A DNA stretch of 63,551 nucleotides, the filler included, from Octopus bimaculoides (Eukaryota): the NCBI RefSeq assembly GCF_001194135.2. It is 4 parts of 3 records of this genome, joined end to end, with 100 filler letters (N's around TTAATTAATTAA, not from the genome) between each part and the next. Parts side by side here need not be neighbours in the genome. Positions count along the whole stretch, not along the records: positions 37,688 to 51,926 come from NC_068990.1; positions 52,027 to 63,551 come from NC_068987.1; 2 more parts are not named here. The stretch is one strand, 5' to 3'. This document shows, piece after piece, positions 51,282-63,551 of the stretch; the stretch's first letter is position 1; each line of letters opens with the position of its first letter. The position numbers and the translations under genes were made by a program. The notes beneath the pieces were generated by a model. The model did no database searches and had not been told where the DNA came from. It saw only the letters and a program-made list of their open reading frames with translations.

Positions 51282-51417
51282 GGACATCAAACATTAAGGC
51301 AAGGCAAACATTTCAAGTCATATACAATAATATTATAGGATTTTGAATGTCTTCCTATAATAATAATATTGTATATGACTTGAGATGCTTGCCTTGTCTT
51401 AAATGTTTGACGTCCTG
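51280..51417. repeat. 138-bp imperfect foldback palindrome
   Basis: CAGGACATCAAACATTAAGGCAAGGCAAACATTTCAAGTCATATACAATA pairs with TATTGTATATGACTTGAGATGCTTGCCTTGTCTTAAATGTTTGACGTCCTG. Confidence 0.9.
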
Positions 51418-51562
51418 TTTAATAATTATATATCCACTGCATTGGAAATTTGCAATGGCTCCATAACTACCGTCTCGGCTATAACCTTGGAGCCCTAGTA
51501 ATCCATTACAGCACTTACCTAATGTATCTAATTGTTTAGATCACCTGTGAACTAAACCCCCA

Positions 51563-51926
51563 AAGGGCCTTAGAGTCAACCTAGCTAAAACCAAAATCCT
51601 AATAAGTAGGAAGGTAGATAAAACACAAACCCCTTCAGGTAGATGGCCCTGCTCAGTATGTAGAAAAGGAGTAGGTAGTAACTCTATAAGATGTACCCGG
51701 TGCAAGCTATGGACACATAAGAGGTGCAGCAACATCAAAGGCAGGTTAACTAGCAAGTTAGTTTTTGTTTGTGGCAGATGTTCAGGTGCAATAAAGACTG
51801 CAAACAAACAGGAAACAACTTCTATCTCATTCCAGGGTGAAAAACTAGAGGTAGTCGATAGCTTCCGCTATCTGGGCGACCAAGTTAGTAGTGGGGGTGG
51901 GTGCGCTGAAAGTGTAGCTGCTAGAA
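51563..51926 (+). mobile_element. RTE RT fragment with intact PHD-type insert (open frame up to the gap)
   Basis: KGLRVNLAKTKILISRKVDKTQTPSGRWPCSVCRKGVGSNSIRCTRCKLWTHKRCSNIKGRLTSKLVFVCGRCSGAIK...EKLEVVDSFRYLGDQVSSGGGCAESVAAR. Confidence 0.93.
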
Positions 51927-52070
51927 NNNNNNNNNNNNNNNNNNNNNNNNNNNNNNNNNNNNNNNNNNNNTTAATTAATTAANNNNNNNNNNNNNNNNNN
52001 NNNNNNNNNNNNNNNNNNNNNNNNNNTTCTTCTTCTTCTTCTTCTTCTTCTTCTTCTTCTTCTTCTTCTT

Positions 52071-52099
<29 letters not shown>

Positions 52100-52101
<2 letters not shown>

Positions 52102-52813
52102 TTTGTTAGGTAGATTGACTTCTTGTTTGTATTTGTCAGCTTCCTTAAATACTGAAAACAGTTTTTTGTTTTGCTCGTGTTTTGTGGCTATTTGTATTAG
52201 TTTCCCTTGCTTCTGGAGTAGGCACTTTTGCAATCCTATGTTGGTTATTTTATAATAGTTTTCTAGCTGTATAAGACCCCTTCCACCTTCTGTGCGTTGT
52301 ATATATAGCCCTTCTATGTCAGATTTTGGGTGGTGCATCCTATATCCTGTCATTATTTTTCTTATTTTCCTGTCTATTGTACATAGTTCGTTTAGCGACC
52401 AGTTAAGGATGTTGTAGCTGTAGCTTATAACTGGGACTGCTTAAGTGTTGATACCCATTATCTTGTTTTTATCATTGAGTTCTGTTTTTAGTATTGATCT
52501 AACTCGTCTATAGTACTCTTTCTTTATTTTTTCTTTCATTTGTGTATGTTGTATCCTATCTAGTTCATTGACTCCTAAATACTTGTATGGTTGGCTTTCG
52601 TCTAGTTCTCTTATTTCCTTGGCTTTATCTAGTGTTATAGTGCTGCTTTTAACTAATTTTCCTCTTTTCAGGGTTGCTTTGGCACATTTTTCTAATCCGA
52701 ATTTCATATATATTTCCTTGGTAAAGCCGTGTACTGTCTGTAGTAATGTTTCGAGCTCTTTGTCGTTTTTAGCATATAATTTTAGGTCATCCATATATAG
52801 AAGGTGGCTGACT
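52100..52813 (-). mobile_element. R4/Dong-like non-LTR retrotransposon RT fragment (copy 1)
   Basis: YMDDLKLYAK, FGLEKCAK, YKYLGV, INT and HPKSDI..LYIQRTEGGRGL; bounded by a gap and (GAA)n at 52027-52099. Confidence 0.85.
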
Positions 52814-53234
52814 NNNNNNNNNNNNNNNNNNNNNNNNNNNNNNNNNNNNNNNNNNNNNNNNNNNNNNNNNNNNNNNNNNNNNNNNNNNNNNNNNNNNNNN
52901 NNNNNNNNNNNNNNNNNNNNNNNNNNNNNNNNNNNNNNNNNNNNNNNNNNNNNNNNNNNNNNNNNNNNNNNNNNNNNNNNNNNNNNNNNNNNNNNNNNNN
53001 NNNNNNNNNNNNNNNNNNNNNNNNNNNNNNNNNNNNNNNNNNNNNNNNNNNNNNNNNNNNNNNNNNNNNNNNNNNNNNNNNNNNNNNNNNNNNNNNNNNN
53101 NNNNNNNNNNNNNNNNNNNNNNNNNNNNNNNNNNNNNNNNNNNNNNNNNNNNNNNNNNNNNNNNNNNNNNNNNNNNNNNNNNNNNNNNNNNNNNNNNNNN
53201 NNNNNTTCTTCTTCTTCTTCTTCTTCTTCTTCTT

Positions 53235-54064
53235 CGTATTTGTTAGGTAGATTGATTTCTTGTTTGTATTTGTCAGCTTCCTTAAATACTGAAAACAGCT
53301 TTTTGTTTTGCTCGTGTTTTGTGGCTATTTGTATTAGTTTCCCTTGCTTTTGGAGTAGGTATTTTTTCAGTCCTATGGTGGTTATTTTATAATAGTTTTC
53401 CAGTTGTATAAGACCCCTTCCATCTTCTGTGCGTTGTATATATAGCCTTTATATGTCAGATTTTGGGTGGTGCATCCTATATCCTGTCATTATTTTTCTT
53501 CTTTTCCCGTCTATTTTAGATAGTTCGTTTAGTGTCCAGACAAGGATGTTGTAGTTGTAGCTTATAACTGGGACAGCTAAAGTGTTGATACCCATTATCT
53601 TGATTTTAGCATTGAGCTCTGTTTTTAGTATTGATCTAACTCGTCTATAGTACTCTTTCTTTATTTTTTCTTTCATTTGTGTATGTTGTATCCTATCTAG
53701 TTCACTGACTCCTAAATATTTGTATGGTTGGCTTTCGTCTAGTTCTCTTATTTCATTGGCTTTATCTAGTGTTATATTGCTAATTTTAACTAATTTCCCA
53801 CTTTTCAGGGTTGCTTTGGCACATTTTTCTAATCCGAATTTCATATCTATTTCCTTGGTAAAGCCGGGAACTTCATATCTATTTCCTTGGTAAAGCCGTG
53901 TGCTTCATATTATTTCCTTGGTAAAGCCGTGTACTTCATATCTATTTCTTTGGTCAAGCCGTGTACTTCATATCTATTTCCTTGGTAAAGCCGTGTACTT
54001 CATATCTATTTCCTTGGTAAAGCCGTGTACTTCATATCTATTTCCTTGGTAAAGCTGTGTACTT
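53235..54064 (-). mobile_element. R4/Dong-like RT fragment (copy 2), 5'-truncated
   Basis: MKFGLEKCAK...YKYLGV...GINTLAVPVISY...HHPKSDI; closely similar to copy 1 but not identical. Confidence 0.85.
53841..54064. repeat. 7 x 32-bp tandem array derived from the element's own RT sequence
   Basis: Unit tcatatctatttccttggtaaagccgtgtact starts at 53841, 53873, 53905, 53936, 53968, 54000 and 54032. Confidence 0.95.
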
Positions 54065-54065
54065 T

Positions 54066-54066
54066 A

Positions 54067-54140
<74 letters not shown>

Positions 54141-54231
54141 ATTATTATTATTATCATTATTATTATTATTGATGTTGTTGTTGTTGTTGTTGTTATCATC
54201 ATCATCATCATCATCATCATCATTATTATTA
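54066..54231. repeat. (TAA)n / (CAA)n / (TGA)n compound microsatellite
   Basis: (att)n, (gtt)n and (cat)n runs on the plus strand. Confidence 0.95.
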
Positions 54232-55919
54232 TATTTAGTATGTTTAAAATTTGTTGGATATATTATAAATATCAACTTAAGTACAAGAAATAACAAATCA
54301 GATATTTCCCTTTTAGGATGTGTAGAACTCCTGTTTTTAAATCCTCACTCTGTGTTCCCTGTACTTTCATTGAATTCGTTTACACATTTTACGAAGCTGC
54401 ACTGTATATCCTAATACGTTATGTCTAATTGTATGCATTTCATAAATCTGGGGATTTGTACTGTTGGCTTCCAGCATGTATGTGGTATTAAATGGATTAT
54501 TAAAAAAGTAAAGATCTGTGTCCTTTTCTTGTTTAAGTTTAGTGAGATAAGAGCAATCATTTTCTAAAGCATGAGCAAAGTCCAGTAGGTGAACCTAAAA
54601 TGATTCTGGATTTGAAGAGAAATAACTATATATGTGTGTGTTTAAATGATCTAGGCGGCTTATAGTAATGTACAAATGTCAACAATATATTACTCATTGT
54701 CCAAGACATCCAAACCTCCAGTATCGGAAGAGGATTTCCAGTAAAATTTTCCACATCATTTCGTTTTATACAAAATAAAAATATCCTTGAAAATATTCGT
54801 GATAATCTCATAGCTACGTTTGTGGAATATATTTCTGAGTTATTCACTGTCACCGACATGCTGCAAGCCAACCGTTCGCTTCTTAGTAAATTAACAATAA
54901 GACTCGATTTCCTTTATTTTAGTCGTTTGGTTTATTGCTCACCACTTAAGGGTTAAGCTGCCAGCTCTTTTTCCTCAAACGGGCGATATTATCAAATTTT
55001 TGCCTGAGGAAACATGAAAATCAAAGAACTTACCTACTGGAACCAAGTCCACCCATTATATATCAGCATTTTATATATATAGAATCATTTCTAAAACTTT
55101 AGTATAGATAACTGCCAAAATTAATAGGAATGGGAAGTAATACTAGATTAAAATTATTGTCATCAAATAGTTTATCAGTAATAGTTAACTGTATTAGTTC
55201 ACTGTAATAGTTAAATGCTTGAAATTAAACAAGGAGCACCAAAATAGTTGAAAATTACGAGAGAGACGTCTCCATTAAATCGTTGAATCGATAGTCAGAG
55301 GGCCCATATATCTGATACAAACGACCAAAATGACAAAAATCCTAATATGTAGGATTTAAGTTAGTATGGTCCTAGGCGGGATAGTTGAAACAAAAAAGTA
55401 AAATAATACACACGTATACAAACACACATTCGCACTCGTGCACGCACATATGCACACAGTGAGATAGAAGGATAGCATTTTCCTCAAAAGAGAGAATAGA
55501 GCAATGTTGCATTACTTTCAATTGCATATCTGGAGTTCTGATATAACCGATCATCTTTGCATGTCAAATACCTTGTTATCGTCTAATAAGTATACGAAGA
55601 TAACTAAAATTTAACTAACGCTCTTTTACATAAGGTTCTTAGCTTAAATATTTTCCAGGAGATGTTATTAATGTTTGCTTTCTTAATTTACACTTAATGC
55701 AATTATATGATGGGTAGATTTTAACGCAATTAATATGATGGTTAGTTTTTCCAAATTCTGCCACGTGACTGATTCGGCATATAGTTTGAAACTGTGCAGG
55801 TTTGAACATTCGGTATATTTAGTAAAAAAGAAAACTATATTGTTTCATCTCGATTGGTACACGTCCTATTTTTTTTATTTCTTGTTGCTTTGTTATTTTA
55901 CACGAATTTCATATTCGAT

Positions 55920-57790
55920 CTAAATTGTGATTATCTGATGCTGCAAATGCTTCTGTTATTTCATCTGCCCTAGTTGCCATTCCATTTCCCATTGAATTCA
56001 ATGCCTTTGTACCTCTTCTTTTACGATTTCGTTTCCATTACAAGCTTGCTTTGAAATTGACCATAGGCGGTCTGCGTTCATCATCGTTCAGTTCATTTCT
56101 GTATTCAGTTCATCCACATGCAATCCGCTCATGATCAAACAGTATGTTTCCCATTTTTTCTCACTTTGTTAACTGAGTTTTTCCTTGTAAGCGATCTCAT
56201 TTATTTTTACCACACATTTGGTTGAATTTATGCTAGTTATTAAGCTTTTCAACTTCATGGAATTTTCTAATCATCCAGCCATTCTTCCTTCATTCAAAGC
56301 AGATCTTTGTTTAAGGTTTTATATGTACATTACTTTATTTCTATAATTTCTTCTTCTCATTTTAATAGAATTTCATCGGTTATCCACTTTTACTCGTTTC
56401 CCTTTCAGGCATTGTTTGTTCTCATAATATTTGTATAAAAGTTTCCATTGCGCTACATTTTTCTCCATTATTATATTTTATTCTTTGTTATATAGTTTTC
56501 TATTCCTTCTTGATTATGCAAATATACTTTATCGTATTTCCATATTATATTAACCAGTCTCTTCTAGCACATTTAAGCTAATTGTTCTCGCCATTTAACC
56601 ATTTCCATGCTTATAATTTAATTAGCACTGGATTATTGTCTGGAATATATCGGATCCAACGCATATTCTAACAATTTACACATTGTTTCTCAATCACTAG
56701 CTTCTCGGTAGTTAGTCAATTAAATTTCTTGTTATATCACCTGCGCACTTCTTGGGCGTTGCTCGAATATAGTATTGGTGACTCATTGTATATCTTTGAT
56801 AGAAATGGAATTGTCACTTAGCTATTTCATTCCTTGACTTAATTTCTATTGATTTGTTATATTGATGCTTCTCCAGCGACTTGCATTAGTATCTCTGATT
56901 ACAGTTGTAGGTTCTACAGCTGTTAGCTATTTTATTAAATTTTGAATTTCTTGTTAAAATTCTACTACCTCTTCAATCACTCCGTTTTTGTGTAGGAGTA
57001 TATATTTGTATAATATCAATATTGAAAGAGATTTCCATATAATTTAATCAATATTACAGTAGCAGTCATATTATTCTAAGCATTTTATGTATTTTTTACA
57101 CATTCAATATTGTTTTAATTTTCATAATAGTGCAAAGATGATCTGCAACGTGAAACTCGATGTAGCAATCTGCGAAGACTCTATTTTCCAATAAATTATA
57201 TGACTCCGTACTATTAAGTTTTCTCTGTTTCTTGTTTACAGAAACGAGTAGACATTTATCTATTGGCTCTTAGTTCACGGAGCAGTGTTTCTGTTGTCTC
57301 CGAACGAGCGATAGCTTCCATTAGAAATAAAATTAGGGTAAATGTTTTCTTATTTGAGAACATATTAAAGCTTCAACTTCATCCACATACTAACTTGTCT
57401 TCCTGTTCAAGTTAGTAGATATTTATTCTTCGTTTAGATAGTTCATCCCACAAACCTCAGCTATGGCCGATGTGAGATATTGCGACCAGTCTGGGAGTAA
57501 CATTTTACATACCAACTATTGTATATGCTGTATATCACAAAAGGCAATTTAACTCTCTGATGTATAGAGTGTAATAAACGAATCAAGCAATGACGTTCTG
57601 CCCGTTAGGGGATTTTGCTTCTCAGTTCTGATTTTAAGTTTACTTCTCTGCATTTTTTTCTGGTACATTGATTTTGCCCAGCGTAATCTGTGACACACGA
57701 TCCATGCCAATATATATCCCTCACTGAGCATCATCAACCATGTTTGTTTCAACTTTCAGCCGCAGAGTTTCCACATTCTGGAATTTAATT
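55920..57790 (-). mobile_element. Very old LINE remnant (RTE-like endonuclease region)
   Basis: Weak reverse-strand echoes of APE motifs (NVETLR, VIRDTNA for GDFNA, NTIFEQ) with many stops. Confidence 0.4.
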
Positions 57791-58119
57791 TAGATCCAGG
57801 CAATGACTGATACATGTGAATATCTCACTAATGTTACCTGTAAATTTGGGTATCTTTATGGGTAAGATTGAGTGTGTGAGTGACAGAGAGAAAGAGAGAC
57901 AGAGAGAAAAAGTAGAGAGAAGGAGGGATGAGCATGGTGTGTGTTTATAGATAAGTATGTATTTCCATTTAGTATGTGTCAATTCTTTTTTAAAATTTTA
58001 TTTAATTCCATGTTAGACTAGACTGATGTATAATATTTCTAGATTCGTGGCAAAGGTGATTGTATATGTAATAGAAAGCAAATTCGCAACAAATGGCGTA
58101 TCATCAACAAAAGGAGTGA

Positions 58120-58270
58120 CAGTACCGACATTAGTAGTAGTAGTAACAGGTGCAGAATCAGCAGCAACAGTAGTAGTAGTGGTGGTGGTGGTGTTGGTAG
58201 TGGGGGTGGGATTAGTGGTGGTGGTGGTGGTAATAGTAGTAGTAGTAGTAATTGCAGTAGCAATAACAAT
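58120..58270. repeat. (GTA/GTG)n compound microsatellite
   Basis: Direct inspection; it gives a poly-Val pseudo-ORF. Confidence 0.9.
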
Positions 58271-58307
58271 CAGGCTGCTGTCTATATTAATATTTTATAT
58301 ATATATA

Positions 58308-58338
<31 letters not shown>

Positions 58339-58811
58339 NNNNNNNNNNNNNNNNNNNNNNNNNNNNNNNNNNNNNNNNNNNNNNNNNNNNNNNNNNNNNN
58401 NNNNNNNNNNNNNNNNNNNNNNNNNNNNNNNNNNNNNNNNNNNNNNNNNNNNNNNNNNNNNNNNNNNNNNNNNNNNNNNNNNNNNNNNNNNNNNNNNNNN
58501 NNNNNNNNNNNNNNNNNNNNNNNNNNNNNNNNNNNNNNNNNNNNNNNNNNNNNNNNNNNNNNNNNNNNNNNNNNNNNNNNNNNNNNNNNNNNNNNNNNNN
58601 NNNNNNNNNNNNNNNNNNNNNNNNNNNNNNNNNNNNNNNNNNNNNNNNNNNNNNNNNNNNNNNNNNNNNNNNNNNNNNNNNNNNNNNNNNNNNNNNNNNN
58701 NNNNNNNNNNNNNNNNNNNNNNNNNNNNNNNNNNNNNNNNTAAACTCTTGGTTCGATAGTGATACGAATGAGAAGTTTTACGTAGGTCTTGTATTAGCAT
58801 ATATATATATA

Positions 58812-58851
<40 letters not shown>

Positions 58852-59029
58852 TAATACCCCAGAAACGGCTGTAACACTATAAATATATTTCTCTTCCTTT
58901 CTTCATTTGGCCCTATCTCCTCAATCTAATCATACACACCTCTCACCCCATCTATCCACAAATACTACCAATACATTCTCAAATTTCCATTCGCACCACA
59001 AAACTCTTCGAATACGTAACACAGAATCC

Positions 59030-59276
59030 ACGGCTCCATAGTTTGAAATGACTAAACATGAACTACTATTTGCATAACCGCTAAGTTACGGAGACCTGAA
59101 TACACCAACATCGGTTGTCAAGCGATGGTGGGGGACGATCACAGACAAAGAAACATTCACACACATAAGCATATATATATATACGACAAGGCTCTCTCAG
59201 TTTCTGTCTACTAAATCCACTAAGACGGCTTTGGTAGGCCTAATGCTATAGCAGATGACACTTGCCCAAGGTGCCA
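59030..59276 (-). mobile_element. OK-like SINE (minus strand, partial)
   Basis: acaccaacatcggttgtcaagcgatggtggggg...tcagtttctgtctactaaatccact...gctttggt...gacacttgcccaaggtgcc. Confidence 0.8.
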
Positions 59277-60599
59277 ATATATATATGTATATATATGTAT
59301 ATATATATATGTGTGTATAAACCATAGGAAATCAGATGAATACCATGTGCTATTATTATGTTAGATATTGCCTGCTACAGAACTGGCAGATACTTATCTA
59401 AGTACCTATATTTTCAAGTATATGCTCCTAATAAAATAATTTCATCTATGAGATCTTCTTGATTTTAGCTGTAGGGGCAGTCGATATAGGACTTCTATAT
59501 GTAATGTTATCCGAGTCAGTTAGAAGAGCTTTTCTCTATATGTGTATATGTGTGTGCGCGCACGCGTGTGTGCCCATGTGTGTGTGTGAGAGAGAGAGTG
59601 CGCGATGTGTGAGAGCATCTGTTCGTGTGTATTTGTATGTATATGAATATATGTATATATACACATATATAGACCTATATATATACATACACATATATAG
59701 ACATATATATAAGTGTGTGTGTGTGTACATATCGGTGAGAGAGTGCTTTTGTTTGTGGATTGAAAGATATAAATATCAGTGTAGTTGCATATACGTGATC
59801 GTGTACATAGCGATTTTCAAGCATAATTATAGCAGGATTATTTATTCCTATAATGATCTATAATCGATCATTTGTTCAGCTAATCTACAATAATAATGTC
59901 GTTATTTGACCGATAAGATTTCTAATTCTGTACTCTGTAACCTAATAAATATTTTCAAGTTATACTTCACGTGATCCTTCAGAATCATCAAAAATATGTT
60001 TCCACAAATAATCAACAGTTATACTTATAAGATCTTATAGTGAAAACATATATACTTAGTACTCGTTGTTGTTAGCTCCACTTCAAAACTGATATTGCAG
60101 AACGATAATTAAAGTTCTTACACAAATCCGAATCCTATCGTTTTGTAAAACTAATACTATATTGCTTACAGTGTATTTTATTGTCCTAGGTGATAGAGCA
60201 GTTTCACACATACACAGACACACACATAGATGCAAATGCACACACACAGAGGCATACACACATGCCCACATGCACATACACACATAAATGATATTATAAG
60301 TATTACATATATATATATATGTGCATACATATTTATCTACCTTTCTATCTATCTATTTATTTTTTGGTTGGTAGTTGCTTGCTTCATTTCTTTCTATTTG
60401 ATCTTTCAATATGAGAATTCTCCTACATTTCGTCATCCATTCAGGAATATCTCCTGTCTCAATACAATTATTTAGTTATGTTCTCATTCTATCAAGAAAC
60501 GCAGTGATAAGTTCCTACCAAAATCCCCAAAACAAATCTGGTCCAAAAGATTTCCAGTTTAGCATCCTTTTCAATATCTGTATATCTATAAAAGGCAGG

Positions 60600-60726
<127 letters not shown>

Positions 60727-61055
60727 CGTGAATGTAATTTATGCACGTCCACAAATTAACACGCATGTCGCTCAAATTTCAGGAGGACATTCGTCACGAC
60801 CCTAGCTGTATTTTCGGTAAATTATTTTACCCGAGGCACCCGCGAGTAACGGTAAAAATCAATTTTCAAACTTAACTTTTACCAATTTTGAAGTTTGTTA
60901 ACATGAGGTAAATCCCTTCTCGTCATAGTGAAGTGAAAATGTGTGTGTGTGTGTGTCTGTGTGTCTAAGGGAGAGAGAGAGAGAGAGTTGTGTTGACGTA
61001 TGTGTGTGTGAGGGAGAGAGAAGTTGTGTGTTGATGTATGTGTGTGTGTGCGTGC

Positions 61056-61108
<53 letters not shown>

Positions 61109-61739
61109 TGACAGCGTTCACCAAAAATAAAAATGTAAAATGCCTTTTTTTCTTAAACACGAGATATAGTATTCAAATTTAGGAAGTTTTTGAAATACAC
61201 TATATTTTATAATCAGATTATATATACTTTCTCACACAACTATTAAAATATATTTATTTTAAATCATGTATTTATTTTAAATCGCTCATCTTTCTCCCTC
61301 CTTCTCTCACACACACACATTACTTTGGGTGCGAAAGACTTTTGTTTTTATTTTAGGCCGAGGAAAAAAGGTTTTTGTTGAGAATCCATTTATTTAACAA
61401 CAAAGATACAAAGAGGTAGGTAACAATTTGCCAGTGAATTACAAAATATAAATGGGTGAAATTTCCGAGGCTCCACCACACTCCACCCCGTTTCTCGGAC
61501 CACAAAAGGGTTTTGTAGCATATTAGGAGACCAGGGTAGTTGATTCCACGCAAAAAATCCCATTTTCTTTTCTTAGTGAAAATCGTGCGAGTGTTATCTA
61601 AAAATTTGCCTGGAGTTTTTCATGGTAAATTTGAGATTTAAAAAAACATGTATTCTATATTCTTAATCTCCATATTTTTCCACGTAGATTGAAAAATAGA
61701 GGGTGAAAAGATCAATGAGTATGAACCGGTCACGAAAGG

Positions 61740-62130
61740 AATCAGGGATTCTACAGCATCTATGAGTCGTGTAACTCTATTGCTTTCAGGGTATTTCCGA
61801 CAAACCCTTCCTATCATCCCTAAACGGAACCGGGATGATGATGAGCGCGCATGTCTTAAGTCATCCACATTGTGGCTATAGGTTAAGACCTGAAGCCTAA
61901 GCACAAACATGCGGGCGCACTTGCTTGGTGATAGCACGTCTGCAGCATTTGCTGAAGACATTTTAGCCCTTGGAGAAGGCAATGTCACTAGGAATGATAG
62001 CAGCGGCATATCCATCTCTGAACTGTGCAACACGGGGACAATTCTTTCGATCATTTGGAAACAGCGTTCCCCAATCTGGAAAGTAACAATGCAGACATCA
62101 ATTGGCTCAGTGAAAGAAACATCCTCGCCC
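61740..62130 (+). mobile_element. Helitron helicase fragment (second, distinct element)
   Basis: SGYFRQTLPIIPKRNRDDDERACLKSSTLW...LSTNMRAHLLGDSTSAAFAEDILALGEG, matching PIF1/Helitron motifs GDFRQ.LP, ACLKSS.LW and TNMR. Confidence 0.85.
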
Positions 62131-62601
62131 CCAAAACGTAGCTGTCAGTGCTGTCAACGATCAGCTCATAAGCCGAATTCTGCGTGAGAAGCACATCTAC
62201 AAATCGATTGACCGAGCCTACAGAAAAGGTCTCCTATGTATTCGCGCGTAGTAATATTAAAATGGTAACACGAGGCTTAACCGAGGTGGTACTTCAATTG
62301 TGTAATTATATTAGGAANNNNNNNNNNNNNNNNNNNNNNNNNNNNNNNNNNNNNNNNNNNNNNNNNNNNNNNNNNNNNNNNNNNNNNNNNNNNNNNNNNN
62401 NNNNNNNNNNNNNNNNNNNNNNNNNNNNNNNNNNNNNNNNNNNNNNNNNNNNNNNNNNNNNNNNNNNNNNNNNNNNNNNNNNNNNNNNNNNNNNNNNNNN
62501 NNNNNNNNNNNNNNNNNNNNNNNNNNNNNNNNNNNNNNNNNNNNNNNNNNNNNNNNNNNNNNNNTGCGAATATAATTTTATATATATATATGTATGTGTG
62601 T

Positions 62602-62634
<33 letters not shown>

Positions 62635-63502
62635 AGTGTGTGTATGTGTGTAGTTATATATATGTATGTATATATGTGAGTGTGTATACACATATACATA
62701 TGTGTATGTATAAACGTGTATGTATGTATATATACACACAGGTATACACATAAGTGGAAGCATAAAACAATTCACATGCCCACGACATCTATACACACTC
62801 ATATCTATACATATACGAGGTTACACACACACATACACACACTAACACAGATACACATCTCTCAATGCAGTGTTGCTGAATATATGTACGATTATTGTGT
62901 ATGTTCAAAAAGATGATAAGTATCATCCATCGTGAACCATTCGATTTGTAAATTTGTCTCCATGGTATGGATATTGTGGCCGAATTCTTTTGATGTAATT
63001 GAGCGGAGAGGTCATGCCTTCGAGTTAGTGAGGATGAAACGCAATGACAATCTCTAGAGACTGGATCTCTGAAAATATTAAGATTCATCTAAATACCTTG
63101 AAGATATTCGTCTTGTGGACTATCGTCTTTGGCATATTCCTTACTCCAAGACGGTCGTTCAACTCTTAGTATCTATATTTAGATATACCAAGTGTGCCAT
63201 TGAAAATAATCTGCTGAGAATTTCAAAATCATGTATGAATATAGAAATGACGTGCATTGAATTACTATTCTGTGTATAATTTAAGAATAAGTCTTCGTAA
63301 TATATCAATCATAGAATCGTGTTCCGCTTTCTTGCCATGTAGTCACTGGGTTTGTGGAGTTTTTGTTTGAGTCCCACATGGCACCGTTCCGAAAAATTGT
63401 TTCTTCTATCAACTCGAGACGACAGATTATGTAGAGTGATTTTGGAAGACAGAAATACTGACGAATACCATCGTAGATCTCTCTCTCTCTCTCTCTCTCT
63501 CA

Positions 63503-63551
<49 letters not shown>

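Noticed and set aside
53841-54064. Regular 30-42-bp arrays as possible CRISPR (also 1955-2044 and 2848-2999)
   Set aside because: The units are contiguous with no unique spacers, they derive from LINE sequence, there are no cas genes, and the context is eukaryotic.
62880-63480. Possible Penelope RT remnant (WFTMDDT)
   Set aside because: A single weak motif amid stops is insufficient evidence.

Overview
AT-rich, microsatellite-dense eukaryotic genomic DNA with many N-gaps. The repeat families (tRNA-derived SINEs, RTE LINEs with (GAT)n tails) suggest an octopus/cephalopod assembly, which is an inference. The only host gene I can support is proteasome subunit beta-3 (PSMB3) on the minus strand. 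Five coding exons have canonical splice sites and read in frame: an ATG-only exon at 45584-45586, then 43269-43456, 41855-41962, 41100-41277 and 39105-39199. The short last exon was not found and may lie in a gap. The rest is mostly decayed transposons: RTE LINEs, an R4/Dong-like LINE, a Penelope-like element, piggyBac, mariner DD34D, maT DD37D, Tc1, Helitrons, MITEs and SINEs. The two most notable observations are (1) a complete C4HC3 PHD-type finger inserted in frame inside the RTE reverse transcriptase, seen in several copies, and (2) a Dong/R4-like insertion whose truncated 5' end is a 7x32-bp reiteration abutting a (TAA)n tract. I found no prokaryotic-type system, CRISPR array, rRNA or true tRNA gene. 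The N-TTAATTAATTAA-N blocks are assembly spacers.
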